Assembly: GCF_963921235.1 (NCBI RefSeq)
Contig: NC_086097.1
Location: 244,034,001 to 244,098,000 of the forward strand
Length of the DNA stretch: 64,000 nucleotides
From: Mobula hypostoma
Taxonomy: Eukaryota
Direction of reading: 5' to 3'
Shown here: piece by piece, positions 20,345 to 33,560 of the stretch
How positions within the stretch are numbered: position 1 is the stretch's first letter
Layout of the letters: the number at the start of each line of letters is the position of its first letter
Notes under the pieces: model-generated
Told to the model about the DNA's origin: nothing
The model's database searches: none
The model's input: the letters and a program-made list of their open reading frames with translations, nothing else
Program-made: the position numbers and the translations under genes

Positions 20345-23300
20345 GGACCATAAGACCTAAGAACAAAATTTGGCCATTCAGCCCATTGAGATTGGTTCGT
20401 CATTTCATCATGGCTGATCTGTTATCCCTCTTAACCCCATTCTCCTGCATTTTATTGTAACCTTTGACAGCATAATTCATCAAGAACATATCAACTTCCG
20501 CATTAAATATACCCAAACAACAGGAATTCTGCAGATGCTGGAAATTCAAGCAATACACATCAAAGTTGCTGGTGAACGCAGCAGGCCAGGCAGCATCTAT
20601 AGGAAGAGGCGCAGTCGACGTTTCAGGCCGAGACCCTTCGTCAGGACCTGACGAAGGGTCTCGGCCTGAAACGTCGACTGCGCCTCTTCCTATAGATGCT
20701 GCCTGGCCTGCTGCGTTCACCAGCAACTTTGATGTGTGTTGCTTAAATATACCCAATGGCTTGGCCTACACAGCTATCTTTGGCAAAGAATTCCACATAT
20801 TCACCCCCTCTGGATAAAGAAATATTCCTCATCTCTGTTCTATTTAGACGTCCCTCAATTTTGAGGCCGTGCCCTCTGGTCCTAAACATCCTCTCCATTT
20901 CCAATCCACCTAGACAATTCGTTATTTGATAATGAGATCCCCCATCATTCTTCTAAGCACCAGTGAGTACAGGTCTAGAGCCATCAAACGCTCCTCATAT
21001 GTTAAACCTTTGATTCCCGGGATCATTCTTGTCAACCTCCTCTTAACTTTCTCCAATGCTGGCACAGCCTTTCTTAGATAAGGGGCCCAAAACTTCTCAC
21101 AATGCTCCAAGAGAGGCCTCTCAAATGCCTTATAAAACCTCAGCATTACATCCTTGCTTTTGTATTCTAATCCTCTTGAAAAAATGCTCATACTGCATTT
21201 GCCTTTCTTACCACTGAATCAACCTGCAAGTTAACCTTAAGGGAATTCTGCACAAGTTCTCCCAAGTCCTTTTGCACCTCTGATTCTTGAAAGTTCTCCC
21301 CATTTACAAAATAATCCACATCTTTATTCCTTCTGTCTAAGTGAATGAGCATGCACTTCCCTACATTATATTCCATCCCCCACTTCTTTGCCCATTCCCT
21401 CAATCTGGTTAAGAACTTCTGCAGACACCCTGCTTCCTCAACGTTAACTGCCCCTCCACCTAGCTTTGCATCACCCACAAACTTAGCCACAAAGCCATCC
21501 TTCATCCGAATCATTGATATATGATGTGAAAAGAAACAGTACCAACTCTGACCCCTGCAACACACCACTAGTCATGGCAGACAACCTGAAAAGGCCCCAT
21601 TAACCCATGATTAGGCTGCAGTTGATTCAGCGGTTGGTGACCGCATGGCTCAAATGGCCACAAGGACCTACTCAGTGCTGTATCTCAATAAATAAATAAA
21701 TTCCTTTCTTCTGCCTCCTTTCCTTCTTATAGAGTGGAGTGGCATTTGCAATTTTCCAGTCCTCAGGAACCATTCCAGAAACTCGTAATTACTGAAAGAC
21801 CATTAATAATGCCTCCTCAATCTCCTCAGCTACCTCTTCCAGAACCATAGGGTATAGTCCATCTGGTCCAGTTAATTTATCTACCTTCAGACCTTTCAGC
21901 TTCCCAAGCACCTTCTCCCTAGTAGTGGCAATGACACTCACTTCTACCCCCGACACTCTCGAATTTCTCAAAGATTCAGAGCACATTGATTATTAAAGAA
22001 TGTATAAATTATACAGCTTGAAAATTGTCTGCTAGGCAGCCAAAAAGGAAGAAATTCGAATAACCCAATTTAAAAAAGACCAAAAACCCCACTGCGCAGA
22101 GAAAGAGAGAGAAGAAGAAACACACATCATGCAAACAACAGGAGCAAGCCACAGCATTCCGAATCAGACTGAGTCCCAGATCTGCTCCCAGAGCGGTCAG
22201 AGTAGACCCAAGCCTCATTCCTCGGTTCATCAAACCAGAATAAACCCAAGCCTCGTTCCTCGGTTCATCAAACCAGCAGGGCGAAAACACATAGCAGCTG
22301 GATCAGTTCACAGCTTGGGTGCTGCGGAAATTGGAATGAACATTTGCGAGACAGCAAGCAAGATCGGCCCGACCTCCGCATCCGTATCCAACATTAGGAC
22401 TTCCAGTGTATCTGGGCCAACTTTTAAATTGTCCAAACACTACATTCTAGGACATGGATCTGACATTCTGCTACTAAGTTCCTCCACCATTTCTTTGTCC
22501 TTCATTTCTACCTCTATAGTGTCATTGTCCAGCAGTACAATATCCAATCTCATTTCTCTTTTACTCTTTATATACCTGATAAAACTTCTTGTATCCTTCA
22601 TATTTCATCTTTTCTATTTTAATGGCTTTCTATTGGTTTTTAAAAGCTTCCCATTCCTCTGCCTTCCCACTTATTTTTGCCCATATTATATGCTTTCTCT
22701 TTTGCTTTTATGCTATCTTTGACTTCCCTTGCCAGCTTCGGTCGCCTCATTCTCCCTTCAGAATACACCTTCATCTTTAGGGTGTATCTTTCCTACACTT
22801 TCCGAATTTCCCCCAGAAACACCAGCCATTGCTGTTCTGAGAGGAATGAGAGGGTTAACATATGAGGAACGTTTGTCCGCTCTTGGACTGTATTCCTTGG
22901 AGTTTAGAAGAATGAGGGGAGACCTTATAGAAACATTTCGAACGTTGACAGGCATCTAGTACGAGAGGGCATGACTTAAGGATTGAAGGACGCCCATTCA
23001 GAACAGAAATGCAAAGAAATTTTTTTAGTCAGAGGGTGGTGAATCTATGGAATTTGTTGACACGGGCAGCAGTGGAGGCCAAGTCATTGGATGTATTTAA
23101 GGCAGAGATTGATAGGTATCTGAGTAGCCAGGGCATCAAAGGTCGTGGTGAGAAGGCGGGGGAGTGGGACTAAATGGGAGAATGGATCAGCTCATGATAA
23201 AATGGCGGAGCAGACTCGATGGGCCGAATGGCCGACTTCTGCTCCTTTGTCTTATGGTCTTATGGTCATCATCCCTGCTAGTGTCCCCTTCCAATCAACT

Positions 23301-23760
23301 TTGGCTAGCTCTTCTCTTATGCATCCGTAATTTCCTTTATTCCTTCCTTCGGTCCTGCCAAAGGGTTTCAGCCTGAAACGTCAACTGTATTTTTTTCCAT
23401 AGATGCTGTCTAGCATGCAGAGTTCCTCCAGTATTTTGTGTGTGTTGCTTGCATCCGCAGATTTTCTCTTGTTTAGAATTTCTTTTACTCCAGTGTAATA
23501 TGGATACATCCAATTTTAGCATCTCCTTCTCAAGCTGCAGAGTGAATTCTTTCATGTTACGATCACTGCCTCCTAAGAGTTCCTTTAAAGCTTCCTACTC
23601 AAATCTGGGTCATTACATAACATCCAATGCAGAAATGCCATTCCCCTAGCGGGCTCAACTACAAGCTGCTCTAAAAAGTCATCTTGTAGGCATTCTATAA
23701 ATTCGCTCTCTTAGGATCCAGCACCATCCTGTTTTCCCAACCTACCTGCATATTGAAGTC
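20345..23760 (-). mobile_element. fragmented CR1 ORF2 + 3'UTR with several insertions
   Basis: ORFs 20922-21191, 21188-21568, 21789-21986; includes a plus-strand CR1 3' piece ~22836-23262. Confidence 0.85.
20517..20742. mobile_element. palindromic Penelope-like terminal-repeat insertion with hammerhead cores on both strands
   Basis: 98-bp arms (20548-20645, 20647-20744) with one mismatch; 14-bp TSD TTAAATATACCCAA; CTGACGA..GAAACGTC on each strand. Confidence 0.9.
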
Positions 23761-24839
23761 CCCTATGATTATTGCCCTTTTAACATGCCTTTTACATCTC
23801 TCAGTAGCTCCTATCTATCACCCCCTCAATCTCCCAAACGAGCCAAGGGTCATCTGGCTGCAGCTCCATTTCCTTAACACGGTCTCTAAGGAGATGCAGT
23901 TCGATGCACTTCATGAAGATGTAGTTACCAGAGGCCTAAAGGAAATGGGTAATTAACATAGTCTACAACTGAGAGAGATCCCTGCTCAGAACTGAATTGA
24001 TCAAATCTTACCCAGCATCTGCAATAGTGCGTTGGTGAATGCACTGCTTGATGTGGATCTGATCTGGGAGAGAATTCAGAAAGTGGTCGACACAGTCCAG
24101 TTCATCAGAGGCAAAACCCGCCCATCATTGAGCACATCCACAAGGAGCACTGCCACAAAGAAGCAGCATCCATTATCAAAGACCCCCCAGCATCCTCACT
24201 ATGCTATCTTCTAACTACTACCAATGGGCAAAAGGTACAGGAGCCTTGGGTCTCACACCCCCAGGTTCAGGAACAGTTATTACCCTTCAACCATCAGGCT
24301 CCTGAACTGGCGTGGATAACTTCACTCACCTCAATCCTAAACTAGTTCTTCAACTCACCTTCAAGGACTCTTTATAACTCAAGTTCTCAGTTTTTTTTTG
24401 TTTGCATAGTTTTGCTTCCTTTGCACGTTGGTTGTTTGGCGAACTTTGTTTATGCGTAGTTTTTCATAAATTCTCTTGTATTTCTTCACTTTCCTGTAAA
24501 TGGCTGCAAGAAAATGAATCTCCACATAGTCTGTGGTGTCATATACTGACTTCGATAATGAGTGTTGAACTTTGAGTTTACATCAGGTGTGTACAGGTAA
24601 ACCTCAGCTAAAAGTGTCCTGTCAAATTTAAGGAGATGGTAGATTTCAATTCAGAAATTCTGGCCATCAATTTTCAAAGCCGTGGTGCTAATAAAAATAT
24701 TAGGATATATCCAAAATTCTAGCTGCCGGAATACGCTAACGTGTCCAAAGCATACACACCGTGATTCGTCATACATACAGAATATATAAATAATTCAAAA
24801 ATGTTGGGGTGATTTGTGTTAGCCTCGGCTGCTGGAATG

Positions 24840-25385
24840 GACTCCAAGATCTGTGAGGTAATGTTGCAGCTCTGTAAAACCCTGGTTAGACCACGCTTGG
24901 AATATTGTGTTCTTTCCTGGTCGCCTCATTACAGGAAGGATGTGGAAGATTTAGAGAGGGCGCAGAGGAGATTTACCAGGATGCTGCCTGGATTAGAGAG
25001 GTTAGGTTGATAGAGCGAAGGCTTTTCTCTTTGGAGTGAAGGAGGATGAGAGGTGACTTGATAGAGGATGATAAGAGGCATGGAGCAAATGGACAGCCAA
25101 AGACTTTTCTCAGGGATGAATGTGCATAATTTTGAGATAATTGAAGGGAAGTGTGGGGGAATGTCGGAGAGTGACACGGAGAGTGGTGGGGTGTATGGAA
25201 TACCCTGCCAGAGGTGGTGATGGAGGCAGATACATTAGGGGCATTTAAGAAACTCTTAGACATGGATGATGGCAAAATGGAGGTCTATGTGGGAAGGAAG
25301 GGTTAAATTGGTCTTAGAGGAGGTTAAAAGGCTGGCATAACATCACGGGCCAAAGGGCCTGGACTGTGCTGTAGCATTCTATATT
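24840..25385 (+). mobile_element. CR1 3' fragment
   Basis: ORF 24816-25010 (LVRPRLEYCV..QRRFTRMLPGL). Confidence 0.85.
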
Positions 25386-26733
25386 TTTAGTGGCAATTTC
25401 TAGGCAATGCTGAGCAGATCTGGGTATGACAACAGAGAGAAGAATACAGTTCCTGCTTCACATCACTGACCCTTCATTAGTTGAAGAGACATTGACCTGA
25501 AACATTTTCTACATTGTTCTCTTCACCGATGCAGTTTGAAGCTCCGATTATTTCCAGTTCTCTCTATTTCTACTTCACACGTCCAGGTCTACAGTCCCTG
25601 ATGCTCATTCTGTAATGATTCATTCTGTGTCAATTCCGGTTGCCTTCACTACTAAAACAGGGTAGCTTATGAATCCACCAAAGTTATATAAAAAATCATC
25701 TAGGCCATGCTCTCTTCTCACTGCTGCCGTCAGAAAGGAGATACAGGAGATTTAGGTCCCATACAACCAGGTTCAAGAACAGTTATTATCCTTCAGTTGT
25801 CCTGAACCACCATGGATAACTTCACTCACCTCAATACTGAACTGATTCTACAACCTACAGGTTCACTTTCAAGGAATCTTCACCTCACGTTCTCAGTAAT
25901 AGTTATTTACTTACTTATTCTTATTATCTTTTTTTTGTCTTTGCACAGTTTCTCTTCTCTTGCTCGTTGATTTTTTTGTCAGTCTTTGTGTGTAGTTTCT
26001 CATTGATTCGATGGTATTTCTTTGTTCTACTGTGAATGCCTGCAAGGAAATAGCATGATGCGTAGTGGCTAGCACAAAATTTTACAGTACAGGTGACCTG
26101 GGTTCACTTCCTGCTGCTGCCTGTAAGGTGTTTCCCTGTGAGTTCAGGGGTTCCCTCCCACAGCCCGGTTGGTAGGTTAATTGTCATTGTAAATTGTCCT
26201 GTAATTAGACTAGGATTAAATCGGGGGATTTTTGGGTGGTGTGGCTCTACGCTAACATACCGCCCACTATGCTACTGCACCATTTTCTTGTGGGCATTCA
26301 CAGTAGAAAGGCAAGATGGACCTATTTCGTGCTGTATCTCAATAGAAAAATAATTAAAACGAACCTCAGGGTGGTATATAGTGGTAAGAAGCACTTAGAT
26401 AATAAACTTACTTGGAATTTTGAAATAGTTAATTTTTCCGCAAAATGAGCTAGAAGCAATTCTATCCCATATTATTTGAATTGGATTTAAGTATGAAGTT
26501 TACAGGTGCCTGAATGAAAGCGGCTCACAACTAGATATGCGTAATAATAGAGTGTAAAATAGTTGTTAATTTTAGCTCATTGCGTAGGAGCTGTTGTGAT
26601 TGAACAACCCTTCCTTGCCTTCATTGGAGAAGCAGCCAGCAGTTTGAGACAGGTGGAGCTAATTCAAACTGTGAAGCAGATTTGCTTCAAGCAGGTCATC
26701 AATGTAGACAATCTGCCTCTCGTCAAGACTTAC

Positions 26734-26916
26734 TTTAAACATTCGATGTTTTTTTTGTGTTCTATTTCTTTCAGATCGATGACAGTCTCACAAATCCTCT
26801 TTAGAACCAGCATGGAGGCTGGCATGTTGGGCTGTTGACGAGGGCATGGGACTCGTTTTATTATTAATCATTTCCAAGCAGCATCAGATAGGAAGCATCA
26901 ATAAACGAAAGTCAAC
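26734..26916 (-). CDS. candidate exon (5'UTR plus coding start at 26825)
   Basis: ctcttactgtag acceptor, AAA|gtaagt donor; aacATG opens MPASMLVLKRICETVIDLKEIEHKKNIECL; unique sequence; no downstream partner established. Confidence 0.3.
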
Positions 26917-28221
26917 CTACAGTAAGAGTGCACGGAAGGTAATTTTGTTTTCCAAATTCTGAGTGAAAATTCTGATGGAAATGGTGATTGCTAATGTGAA
27001 CTTGTTTCCTGATTTGGTGAAGGGAAGCAGAGATATTCAGATGTACATTCAGATATCTATTACTAAATTGTGCAAAACATGATTTTTGGATGCATACCTT
27101 ACACAATCCTTGAGTTGCACAGGTTCACCAGTCTGAGAAAAGTTGCAATTTTTGGAGCACGAGAATAATTTGGTCGTTTATTTCACGATGATAGAAATGT
27201 TCATGATGTAAAGTTAAATTTATGTTAAAAAAAACTTGTATGATGCTGGGGAATGTGGGATTTATGAGTAGTTGTGTCTATATTAAGTAGAAGCATCACT
27301 TACCCAAATCTTAAACACAAGAGATCCTGCAGATGCTGGAAAGCCAGAGCAACACACACAAAATCCAGTGGAAATCAGCAGGGCTGGCAGCGCCTATAAA
27401 CAGTCAACATTTCAGTCTGAGACCCTTCATCGAAACATCGATTGTTTCCTCATTTCCATAGATGCTGCCTGACCTGCTGAGTTCCTCCGATATTTTGTGT
27501 GTCGGAGACCATAGTTAGCCACAGGCGATGTACCAGGAGACTCGAACGAAGGTAATGCTGCTCCTGGATAAGCCAGGAATAAGCAGTCAATGTTTTGGGC
27601 CAAGGTCCTTTATCAGGACACTTCATCATGTCCAGATGAAGAGTCTCACTTATCACCTTCCCCTCCCCGCACCTTCTTAATCTGGCTTTGGCCCCTTTGT
27701 TTCCAATCCTCATGAAGGGTCTTGGCCTGAAACGTCGACTGTTTACTCTCACCCATAGATGCTGCCTGACTGGCTGAGGTCCTCCTGCAGTTTTTTATGA
27801 TTTACCCATCTCTGTTCTTCTTATATTATTATAAGCTGCTATAGAAAAGAAACATTAACTCGTCGAGTTCATGGATACAGTTCCTCATGACGCTAAAAAC
27901 TATGAAATATCAAAATGCGATTTAAAATGCATTTGTGCTTTGAGAATCAAAATTAATTTTAGTCGCAGGGTAACAATCCAGAATGGATTTCACATTACCT
28001 TAAGTGCTTTTTAATGTGCAATTCTAATGTATCTTCGAATTAATGTGGTTCATTATGCTGTTGGCATGCGCACCTGTTGCTAAAAATACAAGACATCTCT
28101 ATGACTGTTGGTGACTGTTCAAGGAAATTACCTCACTGAGCATCTGGGGTGGGTGTAAAGGAGGATGGTTGAAGGGGTGGGAGGATTCCCTTTGCTCTGA
28201 ATATTGTTAGTTATTCAATAG

Positions 28222-28316
28222 GCTTTTTAAGACCTTTAAGTGGCATAGAAAACTGCCCATTAATTTTGATGGAATTTTCATAAATCTTCTGTGGACATTA
28301 GATTCTCTACTTTCCG
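28222..28316 (+). CDS. candidate exon
   Basis: ttattcaatag acceptor, CCG|gtaact donor; one open frame LFKTFKWHRKLPINFDGIFINLLWTLDSLLS, phase-compatible with 18740-18783. Confidence 0.2.
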
Positions 28317-28361
28317 GTAACTTGTCCCCCTTCTCCTTCCCACTTCTTTCATCCCCTACTC

Positions 28362-28900
28362 GTCTCCAAATTTGAGGAAGGACATTCTAGCTATTGAGGG
28401 AGTGCAGCGTAGGTTCACGAAGTTAATTCTCGGGATGGCAGGACTGTCATATGTCAAAAGATTGAAACGACTGGGGTTGTATACACTGGAATTTAGAAGG
28501 ATGAGAGGGGATCTGATTGAAACATATAAGATTATTAAGGGATTGGACATGCTAGAGGCAGGAAACATGTTCCCGATGTTGGGGGAGTCCAGAACCAGAG
28601 GCCACAGTTTAAGAATAAGGGGTAGATAATTTAGAACGGAGTTGAGGAAAAACTTTTTCACACAGAGGGTTGTGGATCTGTGGAATGCTCTGCCTCAGAA
28701 GGCAGTGGAGGCCAATTCTCTGGATTCTTTCAAGAAAGAGTTAGATAGAGCTCTTAAAGGTAGCGGAGTGAAGGGATATGGGGATAAGGCAGGAACTGGA
28801 TACTGATTGTGGATGATCAGCCATGATCTCAGTGAATGGCGGTGCTGGCTCGAAGGGCTGAATGACCTACTCCTGCACCTATTGTCTATTGTCTATTGTC
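28362..28900 (+). mobile_element. CR1 3' fragment nested in a Penelope-like terminal region (~28320-29370)
   Basis: ORF 28372-28629; (CTATTGT)n tail; pyrimidine-rich flanks and decayed hammerhead near 29245. Confidence 0.9.
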
Positions 28901-29162
28901 TACTCTGGCTCCTCTTTTACCTCTTCTCTTCTCCTCATCTGCCTATCACCTCCTCTTGATGCCTCTCCTCCTTCCCTTCCTCCCATGCTCCACTATCCAC
29001 TCCTATCAGATTCCTTCTTCAGCCCTTTACCTCTTTCACCTATCACCTCCCAGTTTCTCACTTCAACTCCCCCACTACCCACCTACCTCCACCCTCATTT
29101 GGTTTCCTATCAGCTTCTAGTTTGTATTCCTTCCCCTATCATCATAATCCTATGGGATGGAT

Positions 29163-29166
<4 letters not shown>

Positions 29167-29197
<31 letters not shown>
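29167..29197. repeat. (AG)n microsatellite
   Basis: Direct reading. Confidence 0.95.
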
Positions 29198-29199
<2 letters not shown>

Positions 29200-30789
29200 C
29201 CTTCCCCTCCCTCCCCCACCTTCCTATTGTCCCTCCTTCTTTCCAGTCCTGATGAAGGGTCTCAGCCCAAAACGCCGACCCTTCATTCCTCTCCATGGCC
29301 TGACCTGCCGACTTCCTCCAGCATTTTGTGTGTGTTGCTCTGGATTTACGGCATCTGCAGAATCTCTTGTTATTATTTATCTATCATCCGTCTTAAAAAA
29401 AAAGCTACCTACAAAATCTTCCTTATACTTTCCCCCACTCATCTTAAAAGATATCTTCTGGTGGGGATATGTGCCACCATGACTCCAGGCTGCTTTTTCA
29501 GATCTTTGCTTCCATTGGAATCTCATTCTGAGGGTGACAGTGATATTGCCCACTCCGTTTTTGACGTTGAGCTGGCAAAGCAGCGAGAACGTTTTGTGTT
29601 TCCTGTTCGTGGCGAGTCTGGAGGTCAAGACAGGATTTCAGGTCCTCCTTCAGAATCTTTATTTGTTGTCATTGGTGAGTCCTGGACCGTTACTGACGAT
29701 CAAAACCCAAAGGTCGATCAAAAGTCTGGAAGTCGAGCCCGATGGCCAGAGCCCCGAATCTGCGACTCCTCTGGGGAAATTGAAGGCCCAGTGTCTGTAT
29801 ATCAATGAGGCTGAGGATAAGGCTGAAGATGGCCTGTGTTGGGGATTAGAGGACAGTGTGTGTATATGTGTAGGTGGGTGGGAGGGAGGAAGAAATTGGG
29901 CTTGTTTTGCTATTGTCACTTGATACGCTGTGTTCTGTGTTGTACTACTAAGTACATTGGGCATGCTACGTTGGTGCTGGAATGTGCTGCCCCAGCACAT
30001 GATTGGCTGTGTTGGCTGTTAATTCAAACACCACATTTCTCTGCATGTTTCGATGTACCTGTGATAAATAAATTCAGAGCTGAATCTGACAGTTTTGTGG
30101 TGATCATTCCAAAGGCACTCTTCTTGCATTAATGAAAGCATGAAGAGGTATCGCTGGCGATGCAGAGAGTAACACTACTAGTAGCTATCACTAGCATAGA
30201 GGGTATAATTGGGCAGTGCAGGTCTTGGTTCTGGAAGAGCCTATTACTATGCCAAATCTCTCTAAAAAAATTACCAGAAATGAGAGAAATTGATGTTTGT
30301 GCCTTCAAGTTGGAGGCTCCCCAGATAATCTATGAGGTGTTGCTCCTGAAACCTGAAAGTGGCCTCATCATGGTAGTAGAGGAGGCCATTCACTGGCATT
30401 TTGGAATGGGAATTGGAAGTCCATTTAAAATGGGTGACCAATGAGAGCTCCTACCTTTTAAGACCATAGGACCATAAAAGAAAGGAGCTGAATTAGGCCA
30501 TCTGGCCCATTGAATCTGTTCCACCATTCCATCATGACTGATTTAAGATCATAAGACGTAGGAGCAGTGTTAAGCCATTCGATCAATCAAGTCTGCTCCA
30601 CCATTTCATCATGACTGATTTATTATCCCTCTCAATCGTATTCTCCTGTCTTCTCCCATAACCTTTGAAGTCCTGATTAATCAAGAATTTATTAACCTCT
30701 GCTTTAACTAAACTCAATGACTTAGCCTCCACAGTCATCTGTGGCAATGAATTCCACAGATTCACTACACTCTGGCTAAAGAAATCTCT

Positions 30790-32970
30790 GATTCGAAGCA
30801 AGAAGCCTGCGAGTGGAATGGCTAAGGGTTTTGGAGCGAAGGCATTTTACTACTCGGGGTAAAGAGAGGCGAGTCTGCGCAGGCACGTGACGTCAGCCAG
30901 TAGAGCAGGAAAAGTTTAAAAAGAAGACCGCCATAACCAGTGGGCAGCGGAGTGAAAGTGTAGCAGAGTGACAGGGCTTTGGCGGTAACGAGGCGAGGTA
31001 GGTTTACCTGTGTTAATTGCTGAAAGGAAGTATGTATGTGAGGCCGGTGTTCTGTGCTCGGTGTCAGATGTAGGAAGTCCTGGAGTCTCTCAGCCTCCCA
31101 GACGGCCATATCTGCACCCTGTGTGTCGACCTGCAGCTCCTTAGGGACCATGTTAGGGAACTGGAGATACAGCTCAATGACCTTCGTCTGGTTAGGGAGA
31201 TCGAGGAGGTGATAGAGAGGAGCTATAGGCAGGTGGTCACACCGGAGCCATGGGAGACAGACAAGTGAGTAACAGTCAGGCAAGGGAAGGGGAAAAGGAA
31301 GAGAGTACCCCTGTGTCTGTACCCCTTGACAATAAGTACTCCTGTTTGAGTACTGTTGGGGGGGGGACGGCCTACCTGGGGGAAGCAACACTGGCCGCAC
31401 CTCTGGCACAGATTCCGGCTCTGTGGCTCAGAAGGGTAGGGAAAGGAAGAGGAAGGCAGCAGTGATAGAGGACTCTATAGTTAGAGGGTCAGACAGGTGA
31501 TTCTGTGAACACAGGAAAGAAACTCGGATGGTAGTTTGCCTCCCAGGTGCCAGGGTCCGGGATGTTTCAGATCGCGTCCAAGATATCCTGAAGTGGGAAG
31601 GAGAATAGCCAGAGGTCATGGTACATATTGGTACCAATGACATAGGTAGGAAAAGGAAGGAGGTCCTGAAAACAGACTACAGGGAGTTAGGAAGGAAGTT
31701 GAGAAGCAGGACCGCAAAGGTAGTAATCTCAGTATTACTGCCTGTGCCACACGACAGTGAGTTCAGGAATAGAATGAGGTGGAGGATAAATGGAGTGGGG
31801 GCAGGCATTCAGATTTCTGGATCATTGGGATCTCTTTTGGGGCAGGTGTGACCTGTACAAAAAGGACAGGTTGTACTTGAATCCCAGGGGGGGCCAATAT
31901 CCTGGCGGGAAGGTTTGCGTTGTGGATCCCACAGAAGGCAAAGAGTGGCTGTAGACGGGTCATATCCTGCATTGAGGTCGGTGACCTAGGTGTGCCTCAG
32001 GGATCTGTTCTGGGACCCTTACTCTTTGTGATTTCTATAAATGACCTGGATGAGGAAGTGGAGGGATGGGTTAGTAAATTGGCTGTCAACAGAATGGTTG
32101 GGGGGTGTTGTGGGTAGTGTGAAGGGCTGTCAGAGCTTTCAGCAGGACATTAATAGGATGCAAAACTGGGCTGAGAAGTGGCAGATGGAGTTCAACCCAG
32201 ATAAGTGTGAAGTTGTTCATTTTGGTAGGTCAAATATGATTGCAGAAGACAGTATTAATGGTAAGACTCTTGGCAGTGTGGAGGATCAGAGGGATCTTGG
32301 GGTTCGAGTTCATAGGACACTCAAAGCAGCTGCATAGTTTGACTCTGTGGTTAAGAAGGCATACGGTGTATTGGCCTTCATCAATCGTGGAAAAGAATTT
32401 AGGAGCCGAGAGGTAATGTTGCAGCTATATAGGACCCTGGTCAGACCCCACTTGGAGTATTGTGCTCAGTTCTGATCACCTCACTACAGGAAGGATGTGG
32501 AAACCATAGAAAGAGTGCAGAGGGGATTTACAACAATGTTGCCTGGATTGGGGAGCATGTCTTATGAACACAGGTTGAGTGAACTCGGCCTTTTCTCCTT
32601 GGAACAACGGAGGATGAGAGGTGACCTGATAGAGGTGTATAAGATGATGAGAGGCATAGTCAGAGGCTTTTTCCCAGGGCTGAAATGGTTGCCACAAGAG
32701 GACACAGGTTTAAGGTGCTTGGGAGTAGGTACAGAGGAGATGTCAGGGGTAAGTTTTTTACGCAGAGAGTGGTGAGCGCGTGGAATGGGCTGCCAGCAAC
32801 GGTGGAGGCGGATACGATAGGGTCTTTTAAGAGACTTTTGGATAAGTACATGGAGCTTAGAAAAATAGAGGGCTATGGGTAACCCTAGTAATTTCTAAGG
32901 TAGGGACATGTTTGGCACAACTTCATGGGCCGAAGGGCCTGTATTGTGCTGTAGGTTTTCTATGTTTCTA
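30790..32970 (+). mobile_element. CR1 5'UTR + ORF1 (Zn finger, coiled coil, SGNH esterase) joined to RT 3' half
   Basis: From 31032: CARC..CTLC, LELQL-like heptads, DSIVRG, HIGTND with stops; then GVPQGSVLGP at ~31990 and a CR1 tail. Confidence 0.85.
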
Positions 32971-32974
32971 TGTA

Positions 32975-33560
32975 AATGGAGTCCCTCTATTCTGAGGCTA
33001 CGCCCTCCTGTCCTATGCCCAGTGTTAGGCCCGGTTTCCTCCCACGTTCCAAGATTAGTAGATCCCAGTGCTTCCCACAATGGAACATCCTCTCCACATT
33101 CACACTATCTTGGCCTTTCAATATTCAATGGGTTTCAAAGAGATCTCCTCCCACCCATTCTTCTGGACTCTCATGAGTACAGGCCCAGAGCCATCAAATG
33201 CTCCTCAAACATTAACACTTTCATTCCTGGAATCATTCTCCTGAATCTCCTCTGGACCCTCTCCAATGCCAGCACATCTTTTCTTGGATAATGAGCCCAA
33301 AACTACTCACAAGTGTGGCCTGACTAATGCCTTATAAAGCCTCAGCTTTGCAACCTTGAGTTTTTTATTCTAGTCCTCTTGAAATGAATGCTCACATTGC
33401 ATTTGCCTTCTTTACCACCAGCTCAATCTGCACATTAGCATTTGGGAATCCTGCACAGGGACTCCTATGTCCCTCAGCAAATCTGATTATGAACTTTCTC
33501 CCCATTTAGAAAATGGTCTACACCTTTGTTCCTTCTTCCAAAGTGCACGTCTATAAACTT
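32975..33560 (-). mobile_element. CR1 RT C-terminal fragment
   Basis: Collinear with other minus-strand CR1 copies. Confidence 0.75.

Noticed and set aside
20400..20817. Two ORFs with identical peptides on opposite strands
   Set aside because: A direct consequence of the DNA palindrome
24587..24596. 10-nt microexon cag|GTGTGTACAG|gtaaac
   Set aside because: Frame-shifting length, weak pyrimidine tract, adjacent to a LINE tail
29122..29808. 228-aa ORF
   Set aside because: Runs through an (AG)n tract and several unrelated repeats
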